From: Coniocarpon cinnabarinum
Lineage: Eukaryota
Length of the DNA stretch: 64,000 nt
Direction: 5' to 3'
Assembly (NCBI GenBank): GCA_051942205.1
Contig: JAVECO010000010.1
Coordinates: 124,001 to 188,000, forward strand
Below, piece by piece: positions 1 through 13,686 of this stretch. Under the pieces are notes generated by a model that searched no databases, had not been told where the DNA came from, and saw nothing but the letters and a program-made list of their open reading frames with translations. The translations under genes were made by a program, and so were the position numbers. Within the stretch, counting starts at the first letter, position 1. Each line of letters starts with the position of its first letter.

Positions 1-247
1 CCAGGCTTGCGACCGTAGTAGGTGGGGACCACGGATTTGGGGGTGTCTTCGCCTGCGAAGCCGGCGCGGACCACTGAATAGCCGGGATCGAGGACGAGCG
101 CGGATATTTCATCTGTATTGGAAGGAAATAGGTTAGATTTGCTCTTGTATAGTAGCTTTACTAAAAGTTGCGGCGCCATAGTGTATGGTGTGGAATGGAC
201 TCACCGGCGCCGTACTCCACTTGGGGTGGCGATATAGCTGTAGACAT
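1..247 (-). CDS. ARP4: Actin-related protein 4, 5' part (gene runs off the window edge); exon 1 247-205, intron 204-113, exon 2 from 112
   Basis: Spliced translation [48 protein letters not shown] is the actin-fold N-terminus with the YGx[18 protein letters not shown] pattern of fungal Arp4; GTGAGT donor and CAG acceptor join in frame. Confidence 0.88.
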
Positions 248-479
248 GGCGCAAAGGTAGGCACAACTGCTCTGAAGCAGGAGTGAAAGTGCGCAAGGCG
301 TTACATTTGAATCGAAGAAGGTCCGGTTGCATGTTGAAAGTCGCGAAACATTTGGTGGTGGCAGGGACGCGATCTGCAAATGACTCGCAAGACGTGACGT
401 CTGTGCTTGTCTTCAATTATCTTTTTCGAATACAACACTCCTCGAGCTCCACACGCACTGCATCGCAACTAGATCCGAC
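248..479. promoter_or_regulatory. Short (232 bp) putative bidirectional promoter between ARP4 and TIM50
   Basis: Head-to-head ATGs at 247 (-) and 480 (+). Confidence 0.55.
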
Positions 480-2162
480 ATGAGACGCATCTTGCCAGCA
501 GGCTCACAAATTACCCAACAATCATTTCGACAATACTGCCGTCCTCGCCGCATGACTCCCTTCATCTCCGCACCTCCCTCCACAAGACTCGCTGCTCCTT
601 TTGCTTCTCGACGATCTTTCGCAACTCCCACTGATCCCCCCCGACCGCCTCCTGACGAATCAAAAGAGCCCCAAGATTTGTCATCGACCGGGAGCAGGCC
701 AGGGTCTCGTTCTCAGGACTCGGCGCAATCCCCTTCAGGTGCTCAAAAATTGCCAGATGACATTGATGAGAAGGCCGCACAAGTCAATGCCTCGGAGGCG
801 GCCAATCCCACAAACGCAGATCCTCCACCAGCAATAGACCTTCTAGCGCAGGCAGAAGAACAACAGAACTCAAGAGAGCGCGGGGACAGGTCAAGAGACG
901 CCTTTAAAACGTCGATTGATCGAAGAAGGGAGAATGTGGCGTACTATGGCTACATAGCCTTACCTGCGATCCTTCTAGCGGGTTTCGTCACCTTGGGTCA
1001 GAGCTGGGATGATAGAGAAGCAAAAGCCCACCCAGATATTCCCAATGGCTGGTCGCCTGCGCAGGTGTATGCCAGAGCGCGCACACGGCTAGCGGAAACG
1101 TTGGGTTACTACACTGAACCTGCGTTTCCTCAGCTGCTACCTGAGGTCGGACTAGATGTGCGGCCGCCGTATACACTTGTGCTGAGTCTTGAAGACCTGC
1201 TTGTGTCGAGCAAGTGGAGTCGGCAGAATGGCTGGGAGGTCGCCAAAAGGTATGTCCTTCTCGAACTCCTCGTCATGCCACTATGAAATCCGTAACGCCG
1301 ATGACATGTCTGAGAACTAACATACCATCACAGGCCAGGTATCGACTACTTTCTCCGCTACCTTAGCCAATACTACGAACTCGTCCTCTTTACCTCCGTC
1401 CCCATGATGAACGCCGAGCAAGTCTACCGCAAGCTCGACCCCTTCCACTTCATCATGTTCCCCCTCTTCCGCGAAGGCACGCGCTACATCAACGGCCAGC
1501 ACGTCAAAGACCTCAACTACCTCAACCGCGACCTCTCCAAGACCATCATCATCGACACGGACCCCAATCACACCCAACTTCATCCCGAGAATTCCGTCAT
1601 CTTGCCTAAGTGGAATGGCTCACCGAGGGACGAGCATTCGCCGGACTTGATCGCGCTGATTCCATTTTTGGAGTATATCGCAGGTATGAACATTGAAGAC
1701 GTGCGCAAAGTCATTAAATCCTACGAGGGCAAGAACATTCCCCAAGAGTACGCCCGTCGCGAAGCATTAGCACGCGAACAATTCATCAAAGAGCGCGGCG
1801 GGCGATCCAGCTCCTCTTCCAGCAGCGGCGGCGGTCTCGGCAGCCTCATGGGCTTCAAGCCACCGCCCCAGCCAGGCCAATTACCCGGCGAGCAAAGTCT
1901 CGCAGAGGGACTCGCGCAGGGCAAGATGCTCATCGATCAGGTGAGGGAAAGAGGCCAGATGCAATATCGCGAGATTCAGCACCAGATTGAAGTTAACGGG
2001 CAGAAGTGGCTCGAAGATATGGAGGCGGAGGAGAAGATGTTGATGGAGGAGCAGATGAAGAGTATGAAGAAGGATTATATGAGTTTTGGGTGGATGTTTG
2101 GTGGTGTTGGTGGTGGTGGTGGTGGTCAGAATCAGCAAACGCAGCGGGATGAGAAGAGATGA
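480..2162 (+). CDS. TIM50: Mitochondrial inner-membrane translocase subunit Tim50; exons 480-1249 and 1334-2162
   Basis: Arg/Ser-rich presequence, one TM helix, FCP1-like domain [41 protein letters not shown] and VKDLNYLNRDLSKTIIIDT; GTATGT...CAG intron restores the frame. Confidence 0.95.
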
Positions 2163-3124
2163 GAGAAGGCATGGAAGAGCTAGTTTCGGATCTGTGTTAC
2201 TATTACCAAATAATAAATCAAAGTTCTACTCATTTTCATGTGGATCTAGTGGAATGTGTGCACGTATTTCTGGCTAACGGGTTGTAATGACAGTGCGCAG
2301 CCAGTACAACTCGGACTATCGAGTTTGTACGGTTTACGATATGTTACTTACTCTTGAGGATGTTCCATGTACGAAGCACGCATGAGCCCAGATCTACTCA
2401 AGCACATTGAAAGGCATTCTCATCTAGCTAGAGGGGTGTGCACGTCGCAAGAGTGCCATTACCTTTGAAAAAGGCCCAGAAACAAAAGTCTAAAACTCAC
2501 ACAATCATTGTGACGTGCAGAACAAGGAGCAGCGTTTTTGGAAATAAAAGAGCAAAACATCATGGATACGGACGAAACTCCGCCTGTGCGTAGCTAGCTG
2601 CGAGCAGAAAGCTTGGGAGCTTGGTTGACTTTATTCAAACTAAACGCTCTGTGATAATATCAAGAATTTACAGCCTCGAGCTCACGTGAACGGATCATCC
2701 TCTGTTAGCCGAGAAGCTTGTTCTTGAAATCGTTCGAAGAGGCTAGTGCGTGTGTAACCTTCAGTTGTTTTCCGAGGATACGATGGGCAATGGAGATGTG
2801 TGGCAAGCAACGGTCTGTAAGATATCTCATGGCGGCAGGCTGGTGCTTAGTGCATCTCGGTAAGCTCCTCGTGAGGTGATGTTTCAATAGCAACGGTACG
2901 GAGCCAGACAAACCTGTCTTAGAGTGCATTGCAGGGTGTCGAGCTTGTACAGACAAGTTTAATCCAAGCGTTTGGGCAGTGTTGCTGCATAGAGGTGTGT
3001 TTTCGGGCCTTGACTTCAGAGCAGATAAGTTGCATCAAGTGTTTTGAGAGGGGTGTTGATTCGCAGTGTGTCGATTGTCGTAAATCGAGAGTAAACGACT
3101 TTGAGTCAAAGGTCTCTGCGTCGA

Positions 3125-3760
3125 TTACGGTCGTGTAAACTCATCACTGATGTAGTCCCCCCATGAAATACCGCGGCGGAAACCCTCATGGTCGTATCGT
3201 ATCCAGTCCACTTCTATGCTTCTAAAAGCATCCCAAATGCATGAATCCGTCGAATTGTCTTCGTCGCCATCGTCGTCGCCGGTTTTGTGCCACTCCAATA
3301 CGCTTTTGCTCATCCACCGATATTCTGTGTACTCCGCTCCCCTGAGTCTAACGGCAGCCTCATTCTCCACCTCCACGACGAAGTTCAGCTGGACGGTCTC
3401 ACGCCCGTTCACGGTCGACCCCATCTTGTCTGGGAGCTGTTTCAGGATCTTGATGGCTCTGAGGCTGGTCTCCTTGTGCAGCACTCGGGCGACTGAAGCC
3501 CAAATATTGACATCGCCTGAGCATATGCGACCGCTCGGGATCTCCCACGTCATTCTATTGACCTCGTCGACGGCGGCGCGTTTCACGAGCAGGAGATGTG
3601 GGTACCACCAGTTTGTCTTGCTGATGTCTTTCAGAAAGACCGCAACACCAACGCCCCAGGTCTGGGTGGGGTCAAGTCTGGAAATCGGTGTTCGTGATTC
3701 GACGTGGGTTGTCGGTTTAGAGATACTCTGATCTACCACATGGGGATTGCTCGTGTCCAT
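3125..3760 (-). CDS. Nudix-fold hydrolase-like protein with a degenerate Nudix box (start could extend to 3919)
   Basis: GVGVAVF...LLLVKRAA..WEIPSGR...ASVARVLHKETSL...QLNFVVEV...EYTEYRW follows the fungal Nudix pattern. Confidence 0.6.
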   Translation of the reverse strand: MDTSNPHVVDQSISKPTTHVESRTPISRLDPTQTWGVGVAVFLKDISKTNWWYPHLLLVKRAAVDEVNRMTWEIPSGRICSGDVNIWASVARVLHKETSLRAIKILKQLPDKMGSTVNGRETVQLNFVVEVENEAAVRLRGAEYTEYRWMSKSVLEWHKTGDDDGDEDNSTDSCIWDAFRSIEVDWIRYDHEGFRRGISWGDYISDEFTRP

Positions 3761-5360
3761 TCTTTGAAAGCCGAAGAGGGCTTTTTGGGGCAATGGTGAA
3801 CGGCCGGAAATGGACACACGGCTGACTTTTGAAAAGTAATATGACAAGGTGAGAGGCACACGTCTTGCGGCGTTGTTTGCCTCTGCTTCTGTGATGAACG
3901 CTAGATTACGAAACAACATGTGACAAAAGACTTTGTCAGGTTCCTTCGATTTTGCGAGCTCTTAACGTTTTTGCATCACGGAGGCTTTGCAAATGCAATT
4001 ATAATTTTCTTGACGGACCCTTGTTACCTCGAAGAGGGGGTCAGACACATCTCTAAAATGCACAGGAATAAGGGTGACTGCAGAACCTCGAATTTTTCGG
4101 TATGGCTTTTGCATCTTGGAGCCAGCTTGTTTTGTGTCTTAGGGTGACTGCGCTGGCCCATATGGCAAGCGCGATTCGCTTTTTAGTTCGTCTCACGCAC
4201 GACCTACTTAGACTACTTCCATTTTATCATATTACTTTTACTAGATGCGTCTCATTCCGCTGAAAACTACAACCATTTCCTTATCTTGCTCAATGCATTG
4301 CTCTCGGTACTCATTTGCGTTCGTAGGTCTGGACGGATCTCGACTTGCATACAACGTTTTGTCGCCAGCGTGCTTTTGCGAAATGAACGGCGCTGCGTGT
4401 CCAACAGAGCTTCTCATCAACCCACTGTTCAGACAGAGGAGCATCGTGCGTGGAAATCACCTTTTACGAGAGGGCCCTACTCCCCCAGCGACCCCTCGAT
4501 CCGCAGAGAAGACCGCTGTTGGGGATTAAGTATTTTGTCGACATCGTCCATCCTCGAAAGCTCGAATACGGGGCTCGAGCGATCATCGCCGTTTGCAAGC
4601 CCCAGATGATCCGTCTTCGCAACATAGTCATTTATCATCGTACCTTGCCTCCGAGAAGTAATATTGCCGTTCTATCGTAGAACCCCACACCGGCATTCAC
4701 CTGTCATGTAAGCCAATCAGTCGCAAGAAAGGCCTCGAAATTTTAATAAGCACCCGGCTCGTGAGATCACATTCAGCCAAGGGCCTTGCGAGCCGTACTT
4801 TACTTCGCATGACAAGCAGGAGCACCTCATATGCTCGTCAAAATCCAGATCTAAAATGATCATGCAGGGCTGGGCTTCACGATACTCTCCGCGTACTTCC
4901 TGACATTGAGCCCGAGACACCTCTTCGAGTTCTCAAAGCTCAGCACGATGAATGTGCCCCGAGATGAAGCTACGCCTGCTTGTGCGAACTCAAAGAGCGT
5001 CTATTAAGCCGGGCAGGGTTCATGAACGAATGTGTGCACAAAGTGGTGCAAGGTGGGGCACGACTCTGCAAGTCAAAAGGAACCACATTCAGGGAACGGG
5101 AAATCCATTAGGCGATCACACAGTATACAGACGAGGACGGTTGTAGCACAAAGCTCTAAAGCATTCTCAACGCCATAGTCCCGATGATTGAAAGGCAATA
5201 TGAGGATCGAACACGTCGTCAACGTTCTGACGGCGCGTTTAGTCTTGCAGTGGATAGTTCTATGCACATCGACCGAAAAGAGTTTGCCTCAATCATCTCG
5301 TCTTCTCGCTACTGGTATACCCGCCGCTTCCGCACGTAGCTCGCATATTTTTGGATGACT

Positions 5361-6296
5361 TCAACCTTGGGCAGCGGCTGTAATGGTGGGCTGCGGGTTC
5401 TTGTATTTGAGGCCACCCGAAGAGCTACCGCAAGCCTCAATACTCTTGACGATGCCCTTGCTCTCGCTGTCGGCGACCTCGCCAAAGACGACGTGCTTGC
5501 CGTCGAGCCAAGAGGTGACGACAGTGGTGATGAAAAATTGGGAGCCGTTGGTGTTCGGCCCGGCGTTGGCCATGGAGAGAAGGAAGTTCTTGCTGTGCTT
5601 GAGCTGGAAGTTTTCATCGGCGAACTTCTCGCCGTAGATGGACTTGCCGCCGGTGCCCTGTGCAATGATCCGGTCAGCAAATCACTCTGTCAATCGTGTT
5701 GTAAACGAAAGTGGAAAGCTCAAAAGCATGAAGCTCTTGGTGATCGATTATGAGGTTTGTCAACGTACGTTACCGCGAGTGAAGTCACCGCCCTGAAGCA
5801 TGAAGTCCGGAATCACGCGGTGAAACTTGGAACCAGAGTAGCCGAAGCCCTTCTCACCCGTGCAGAGAGCTCGGAAGTTTTCGGCGGTCTTTGGCACCAC
5901 ATCGTCGTACAGGTTGAAGTTGATGCGGCCGGAGCGCTCTGGAGTGACCCAGGTCAGCAGAAGCTACACAAAACCAAAGACAACAAGAAGCTCCATTTGG
6001 AGGCCTCGAGTGGAGGCTGTGACATGTTGCCGGATCTGCTTGCTGATTGACTTACGGGTAACGTTGGGATCGACCGTCGTCCCGTTCTCATCGAGCTTGG
6101 GGCCTTCGTAGCTGATGTCAAAGTATGTTTTGATGGTCATGTTGGAGGTGGAGGCGTGGAATTGCCTGGATCGAATGGAGGAAGTGACTGGATGTGATTG
6201 CAACCGGGGAGTGGCAGAGAGAGGGAGGGCGGACGGAGGTGTCGAAAGGCGAGAAAAAGTGGAAAGGAAGGGCTGTCGTGGTGGGGCAAGAATCAT
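5361..6296 (-). CDS. Cyclophilin-type peptidyl-prolyl cis-trans isomerase (cyclophilin A / mitochondrial form); 3 exons, in-frame starts at 6296 and 6140
   Basis: Spliced sequence [61 protein letters not shown]...[34 protein letters not shown]. Confidence 0.96.
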
Positions 6297-8710
6297 GGCT
6301 GAGAAGGGGAATGCGGGGCAGGGCAGTGACGACTGAGTGGCTGGTGCGTGCAGGTGGCGTGGCGCTGCTCCAGGTGCGTGGGAGGTGGGTGGTGGGAGCT
6401 TTTTCTCGGGCCAATTTGAGGAGAGAAAGAGAGGCGCGCCTTTCAAGTCCGTTGCGCCCTCGCGAGATCAGACGGTGGAGGTGATGGTCCCTGCGTGCCT
6501 GCGTGCCGTGTGCTTAGAGATGCGTATGTAGGTGTCGACGAGTCTCTGCCACAGGACAAGTCAGCCTTGCCCTTCGTCACTCCCTTCTCCTCGTTGCTTC
6601 CAGTCCAACAGCAGTACATTGCAGTTCGAGAAGACATACCACGCTGCTTCAGCCAGCAAACCTCTCCTGGCCTGCCAAATATTAATACAACGAGCAAGGG
6701 GACTGCAGTCTTATTGTGTGCTCTTTAAGGAAAGGGGCACAGAGCTGGTTGCTTGATGGCGTCAATGATTCTCCGGACCAAACCTAACCAGACGACGAGG
6801 GCAGGGTAGCTTGGTAAAAATCCCTGGACTCATTCTGGAGCACGTGACTTGCTCTTGTAATATTGTCATCTGTGGCCATCCCTTCCTCACCATTGTCGTC
6901 TCCCAAGCTTTGAGTTGCCACTCTTTGCTCGCCTTGAACGCGTCAATTGCTCGTCTATGGCATACTGCTGCTGCTACTGGTAGCCAGCGAAGCGGTCTTC
7001 GTGTCCTTTTGCCCTCGAAAAACCCGACGAGGTTTCTGCTTTGCCCCAAGCGCGGCTTACCACTTGCTCTGTACTCAGAACAGTGTGTCGAAGATGGAAG
7101 ACCTCTCTACTTTCTGCTACAGACATTCCACATAAACACCTGACCGTAGCTAGGCCCCTGCAGACGCTGTTTGGGGTACGGGCAAGCCGGGCCAACTTAC
7201 CCACCGCTCGGTCAGGGCCAACATCCCCCAGACTAGAGAAATTACTGTACATTTGCAGGTTGCGCGCAGTATTTGGAAAAGTCAAAAGCTAGTCTATATC
7301 CTGGAACGACGTCTCCTACGTCACTTGGCGTGAGAGATCTGGTAGCGGAGGTAGTGGCTATATCAGGGTGCTGCGCAGTGACAACTTAGACACGTCTCGA
7401 TGGTTGAGCTATAAATCCTTGTCTTGACCCAACAGAGCTCTGTCACGCCACGTCAGATCTGCGTGTTTCCCGAATTTCTCTCTCGAATTTCCTTGCCCTG
7501 GTCGTCTCAAGTGCAATTACGTGCGATCTCGACATCGCTGCTAGAGGTTTCAAGCCTTGTTTCTTTCAGTCAAACATCACGACTCAAACTGACAAGCTTG
7601 TTAATACGATGTCTAGAATGAATGCCCACGAGGACTCGCAAATAATTCGTGAGTAATGAGCGCAAGTTTGCATGAGATAAGACAGCGAAGTGTTTGTGCT
7701 AGCCTTTTGCAAGGCTCAGGAATCTACACTCCGGTCACACAGCCTGAAGCTAGTTCGGAGTATCAGCTAAGACTTAACTAAACAGCTCAGATCACAGTCA
7801 TGTGAATCAGCGGATACCAACAACGGCCGCAGGTGTGGAGCGCATCTGCACTTTTACTTTCCGCGACACCGTCACTAGGGGCTGCAAAGCGTCTTGTTTT
7901 ACTGTCGCCTGCCTGGAGTGTCTGGCCGTCCGAAGCCACCACGCATGCATCTGAACGTCGATGGATAGGAGCATGACCACCTGTCATGAGAGTATTTCGA
8001 AGCGGCGTGCAATAAGCACCAGTGCTGAAAAGCCCGAGGGTTTCCAGGAGTACAGGAACTTCTTATGTCGAAAAGTAAGCAGACACTTCTTTGAGATCAA
8101 AAGCTAACTCCAGCCATGACTGTGGAGGCTCTAACTCTCAGTTCAAGAGAAAGCTTGATATTACGTGAGTGCAGGGTTCACGTTCAAGTTCTGCTGGGCT
8201 GTTTGATTAGCAGTGATGATTCCACACCCTACACTCGCTATTTCGCATTTTTGGATGGCGCGCAAAAGTTGAGCTTTTCTTATGTCTTTTCTTCGGTGTA
8301 TTGACCAAACAATGAAGGCACTAGGTGGTTTACTCAACTTTTGAGCAACTAGTCCCAAAGCGATTCTATTTCGCGGCGCTAGTCTCGGTAGTCAGCATTT
8401 ACTACTTCTCACACCGTCAGTCAACGTATGAGACCCCGTTGGCCCCTGCCGCCATTAGACTAAGACTCTCGCATCGTCTGTCGGCCGAACGTCGCTGTGC
8501 TCCGTTTCAACGTGGTGTTGGACCGGAGTCACGGAGCAATTGACTAAACGCTCACCACGCCCACACAGAGTTAAAAGCGAAGCTTGTGTGCTCTACCATG
8601 GCTTATTCTTCTGTGGCAGCCCTGAAAGATGAGGGCTTGATTGCTTGTGTAGGATTGCCGGCTTCGACTTTTCAGTTTTTGAGAGCTAACATCAGTAGAT
8701 CCGCATCGAC

Positions 8711-10550
8711 ATGGTTTGTGATTTCAATCGTTGCGCACGCCGATGTTACAGGCCTGTTACTGACGTCGATGCAGGGTGAGCTATCGAACCCAGATCTCGA
8801 GAAGCATATTCGAGAGGACGACAGTACGGATTCACATCGTGTACTTGACCATGACGTTGCCAGCTGTGCCAACGATGACAAGAATCTTCCCGTGTCACCA
8901 TCCTCACCATCGCTGAAAAGCAAGCTGCCGACATGGGACGGACCGGACGATCCAGCAAATCCACGCAACTGGCCAATGTGGGAGCGTGTATTTGGTGTGT
9001 TTGTCCCGTCTTGGTACTCATTTGTCGTGTGAGTTCGCGAACCCCCTCAAGCCTAGCAGACCTCTGGACCGAAGCTGCTTGAGAACGGAGCTGATGTTGT
9101 GCATCCTAGGACTTTCGGAACCTCTGTGTATGCTCCAGCAGCCTTCGACGTTGTCGAAAAATTCCACGTTGGTCGCACAGCCGCCATACTTGGCGTGACA
9201 GTCTACGCCCTCGGCATTGGTTCGTGTAACCCACCTGAGTTTAGCGATGAACTCCTACTTTGCTAACTTGTCGCCTCCTACATAGCAATCGGGCCTATTT
9301 TTGGCGCACCACTGAGTGAGACGATCGGGCGACGGTGGGTGTATCCCATAAGTATGCCACTTTGTTTGTTATTCACGATGGGCGCGGGCCTTGCTACGAA
9401 TTTCGGCACACTCCTCGTCTGCCGATTCCTCGCCGCTGCAGTAGGCGCACCAAGCGTGGCTGTGGGGGCGGGTTCGACCGCCGACATATTCGACATGCAA
9501 GAGGGCGGAGCAATCGCTGGGTCATTTTTCGTGCTCATGCCGTTCCTTGGATCTGCATTCGGGCCACTAATAGGTGGGTATGCAGTCCTGAGACAAGGAG
9601 ACTGGGCTTGGAGCATGTGGGTCATCATCATGATCGCTGGACCTGCATGGCTCTGCAGTTTCTTCCTGCGCGAAACGTATGCAAAGCAAATCTTGAAGAA
9701 ACGGGCGATCGTCAGAGGTCTCGAGCAACCACCTAAACTTCCTCCAAGGGCAGCAATGAAGCAGCTTCTACTGGTCACACTTCTGAGACCAGTTCACATA
9801 ATGCTCTTTGAGCCGATCGTGTCTTGGCTGTCCATGTATGTGGCCTTTACCTTTGGCATTCTTTTCGGTTTCTTCGACGCATTCCCATACGTCTTCAGCA
9901 CCTATTACAACTTCGATCTCGGCCAGGTGGGACTGGCATATATCGGTATCATTGTCGGCATCTTTCTTGCGATACCCACTTTTGGAATTATTGACAGGAC
10001 GTTTTACGCCAAATCAAAAGCGCGCGTGAGGGGCACAGGCAAGATTCCACCGCCTGAAGAGCGGCTGTACGCGTGCATGTTCGGATCAATAGCTCTACCG
10101 GTGGCTATGTTCTGGTTTGGTTGGACAGCAAAGAGGGATGTACACTGGATTGTACCCATACTGGCTGGTGTGCCGTTTGGATGGGGACTGATATTACTAT
10201 TCGTGAGTCTATTAGGCCTCAAGCTAGGCGCACGATCTCTGTTGAGCAACAAATGTCATGAGTATGATGCTGACCAAATACTATTGCAGCTGGGTTCTAT
10301 TGTGTATCTCATTGATACTTACCAAGCTCTGAATGCTGCCTCCGCCGTCGCCGCTAACAGCCTACTGCGATACATTATGGCCGCCGCCTTTCCTTTGTTC
10401 TCGCTCCAGATGTATGAACACCTGGGTGTTGATTGGGCCTCGAGTCTGTTGGGATTTGTCGCCATCGCGTTGTTACCTATTCCCTGGATCTTTTACCGTT
10501 GGGGCCCTCTACTGCGTCGGCGTTCGTCGTATGAGCTCGGGAACTTTTGA
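8711..10550 (+). CDS. MFS multidrug transporter, DHA1 family; multi-exon, probable ATG-only first exon at 8711
   Basis: WDGPDDPANPRNW motif, APLSETIGRRWVY, PPPEERLYACMFGS, YLIDTY..AASAVAANSLLRY, ~12 hydrophobic helices; several canonical introns. Confidence 0.9.
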
Positions 10551-11161
10551 ATATTTCAGAAGCTATTACAGGTGTTTTTGAGTGGGACTGACAGTCAATA
10601 ACAACTAAATCGACTACGCGCGGCCTCGAGAAGTGTAAGTTATGTTTGAAAGGCGCGGGCACGGCGGGTTTATACTGCCGAAGGCGAATAGTGTTGCCTG
10701 ACTTTAGAGGCATTAATGGCAAATAGATTCGGAATTTCTCCTTTATTAATTCATCTACACCATCGCTTTACTGCTTCCTCATGGAGGGAAACGTAAATTC
10801 CTTTCTGCGCGTAGCACGAACGTAATCAGACCGACGTGTGTGACTGCTCTCTGATCAGGTTCGTTCGCATTGTAACGATGTGTTCATGGTCTCCTGTGCT
10901 TTCCTACCTTTCCAACCGTGATTCAACACGTGAGGACTGACCTTTGTCACTGATTAAAAATTCTATCAAAACTCCACTGCAGCAGGAAATTAAAAATGCT
11001 ACCATGCACACAATGTCACATCTTAGTCAGTCATTCTGCCCGACGGCGTGACACCTTTCTGTGATTGCACGGCAAGGCTAGTAGTGGCGCCAAGCGTCTA
11101 TAGCACCTATAATGAATGATCCAATGAGAAGAGTGTCTCATCACCATCCCACGGGGTCGTC

Positions 11162-13686
11162 GATGAAAACCATCGGAACGTGTGACAAGTTCCGCGTTGC
11201 ATATCTGAAGTACGATGACGGCCAGCTTCACGAAAATTCTGACTTGTCTCGTGCTCACGTGGCGCCCTGGACTACCGGTCCAACCAGGACTTTGCGTAAC
11301 GTGTCGCGCGGGTCCTGCGAAGAGTTGCGCAAGTTTGCTTGAAAGACGATGGCCCCATTATGTGAGGCTACACGACTCGAGTCGCGCAACGGCTTCTCCT
11401 GGCAGTAGTGATACGTCAATGGATCCGCAACCTCTTCGCGGACTTGGATTTCGTCGTCATATTCTATGATTCAACATCCCGAAATTGGTGCTTTTGTCCA
11501 CTAGAAGAACGTGCTTCAAGCATGTATGTGAGAGATCCAGTTGGCCCTCCAGCTGGTGAAGTGGCGGGCTTGTATCCTCGCTTGACACACTTCCTCGAAC
11601 AAGAACTCGAAGGCCAAGAGCGTCGTAAAGATCAGAGTCATATTTCTTGGAAAGGCTTCTCAGAGCTCATTCGTGACATCGACCTCTCAGAACCGTTCTC
11701 GTACGATCATTTGAGGCTTTCTCACGTGACTATCGTAGATGTACAAGCAGGTATGACACCTCGTTTGATCGCAGGTCAGCCAGTTCATCATCGACCTCCT
11801 AGACAACTCTTTCCTGCAGCAGAGCCTCAATTACGTCGATGTCAGTCATCAGGCGCGAGATCGTACAAAACTCGAAGACTTTGTGACGAACTGTATCTCA
11901 AGGTATGAAGACCAGTACATTTCGCTCGTAGCCAAAGCTGACTGTATTCTTGATTGAACGAATACAAACCTGACGTTCGATGTCGAGTTGTGATGTTTGA
12001 TGTCACCGGTGTACTGGGTGTCGACCTCCATATCTTTGAAGCTTTGTACGAAGCTTATGGCATGGACCCCATGACCTTTTATTATCTTTATCGTCAGACC
12101 GGATGCGCTCCTGAGAAGCAGTTCAATTACTTGAACTACGCCTTTCATCTGGATGTTCCTCTTCTCTATGAGAACATTGGCCAAGCCAAAGTGCGGTGGC
12201 TGTCTGTAGGGTCAATGCATGCAATCTATTCAGTCGATCCGGTATTGATGGATAGCAGGCCTCCCACTAGTAAGTGTCCCGCAACTGTCCATATACCGAA
12301 ATACAGCGCCTAATGTCTGAGATGCAGTCATTATTGCCTTACAAGAGGGCAACAAACGCGGCAATGGCTACAACCCCTACGCAGGACCTGACTTTCGCAG
12401 CGATTTCAACTCTTACGCAGAGACGGCCAAATGCCTTGCAATTACAGAGTCGTCGATATACGCGACTTCTCCATTGGCACAAGAAATTTATCAACAGACC
12501 AGAGATCACCGCAAGGCCTACCTGGTTGCCCTCATGGTAAGTCTGTGCCCTAACTTTCGCCTCAGCATTTCGAAATATCAAGTGAGCCACTTTTTTACAT
12601 GTCGTACAGCAACGCAAGTATTCCAGCAATGATAATGCTAGTCAGGTGAGACAGTTGTGTGTACAAAGCATTGTTCAGTATTACACTGCGTCACATCAGT
12701 TGATGCTCGCTGAACACAATTGGACATATCACAATGAGATGTTCGACGACAAAGACTGGCCTCGCCTGCATTCACTGCCGGAGTGTTGGCATACGCTTCG
12801 ATTCAGGCTCCAGTGTCTCGAGCATCAGATGATATCGCTCTCAAGGCTGGCCGAGCTGGCTGCCATACCGGGGGTGCCGAAAGGCGCTTTGGATGTTCAG
12901 TTGCAGACTCTACAAAGTCTGATGGAAGAGTACAGAGTAGCCGTTCGTGCTCATCGCGAGTATATCGATGCCGAGCTCAACGATGCACTACACACCGAAT
13001 CGCGGGCCAACTTGAAACTGACGCAAGAGTCCATCAAGGAAGCGCGGCAAACTGGACTCTGTGAGTACATTCTCTTTGCTAAAGCAATGGCAGACTCCCG
13101 CTGCAACCTTGCCACGTAACGAGGCACGCACTGACTGCTACACTCAGTGACATTCCTGGCCTTCATCTTCGTCCCCTTCTCCATCGTCACGTCCGTCTTC
13201 GGGATGAACATCCAAGAGCTCAACGGCTCCGGCCAGCGCATCTGGGTCTTCGTCGTCACCGCTGTTATGTGTCTCCTGGCACTACTCTCGACCTACGGCA
13301 TCGCCATGACCCTCAACGTCGCAACCACCAATTACAGACAGCGATCGCTCGAACACAAAGCCCACATTGACTACATCCTGAAGAACGACGCACACGGTGC
13401 AAACTTCCCGCAGCTTCTGTTCAACCTGATCCGAAAGCATGGCGTCAAGGTTATATACCGGAAGGGTCTATCCCTGGGCCTTCTGTCACGGGGGCGGTTT
13501 GATCCCGTGGCTGTTCGACAGGCGGCTGAATGGCATGTTGACAAAGCGGATGCGCCGCTTCCTGGACGACTCTGGCAGGAGTGGAAGTACTTCCTAGGTC
13601 TTGAAAAGCTCCCTGAAAAAGAAGACCCGAACGCGCCGTGGAGGGTGCGGGGTGATCATCTTTTTCAGCCGCAGTCTCACTTTTGA
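11162..13686 (+). CDS. Fungal protein with C-terminal CorA-like two-TM domain (GMN motif); 5' exon structure uncertain
   Basis: ESIKEARQ..L-TFLAFIFVPFSIVTSVFGMNIQELNGSG..IWVFVVTAV preceded by a coiled-coil; exons from about 11954 onward splice in frame, the 5' part does not resolve cleanly. Confidence 0.6.

Noticed and set aside
2100..2126. GGT microsatellite
   Set aside because: Encodes a poly-Gly tail of Tim50; ordinary low-complexity coding sequence
6450..8600. Overlapping short ORFs upstream of the cyclophilin and MFS genes
   Set aside because: No coding signature recognised on either strand
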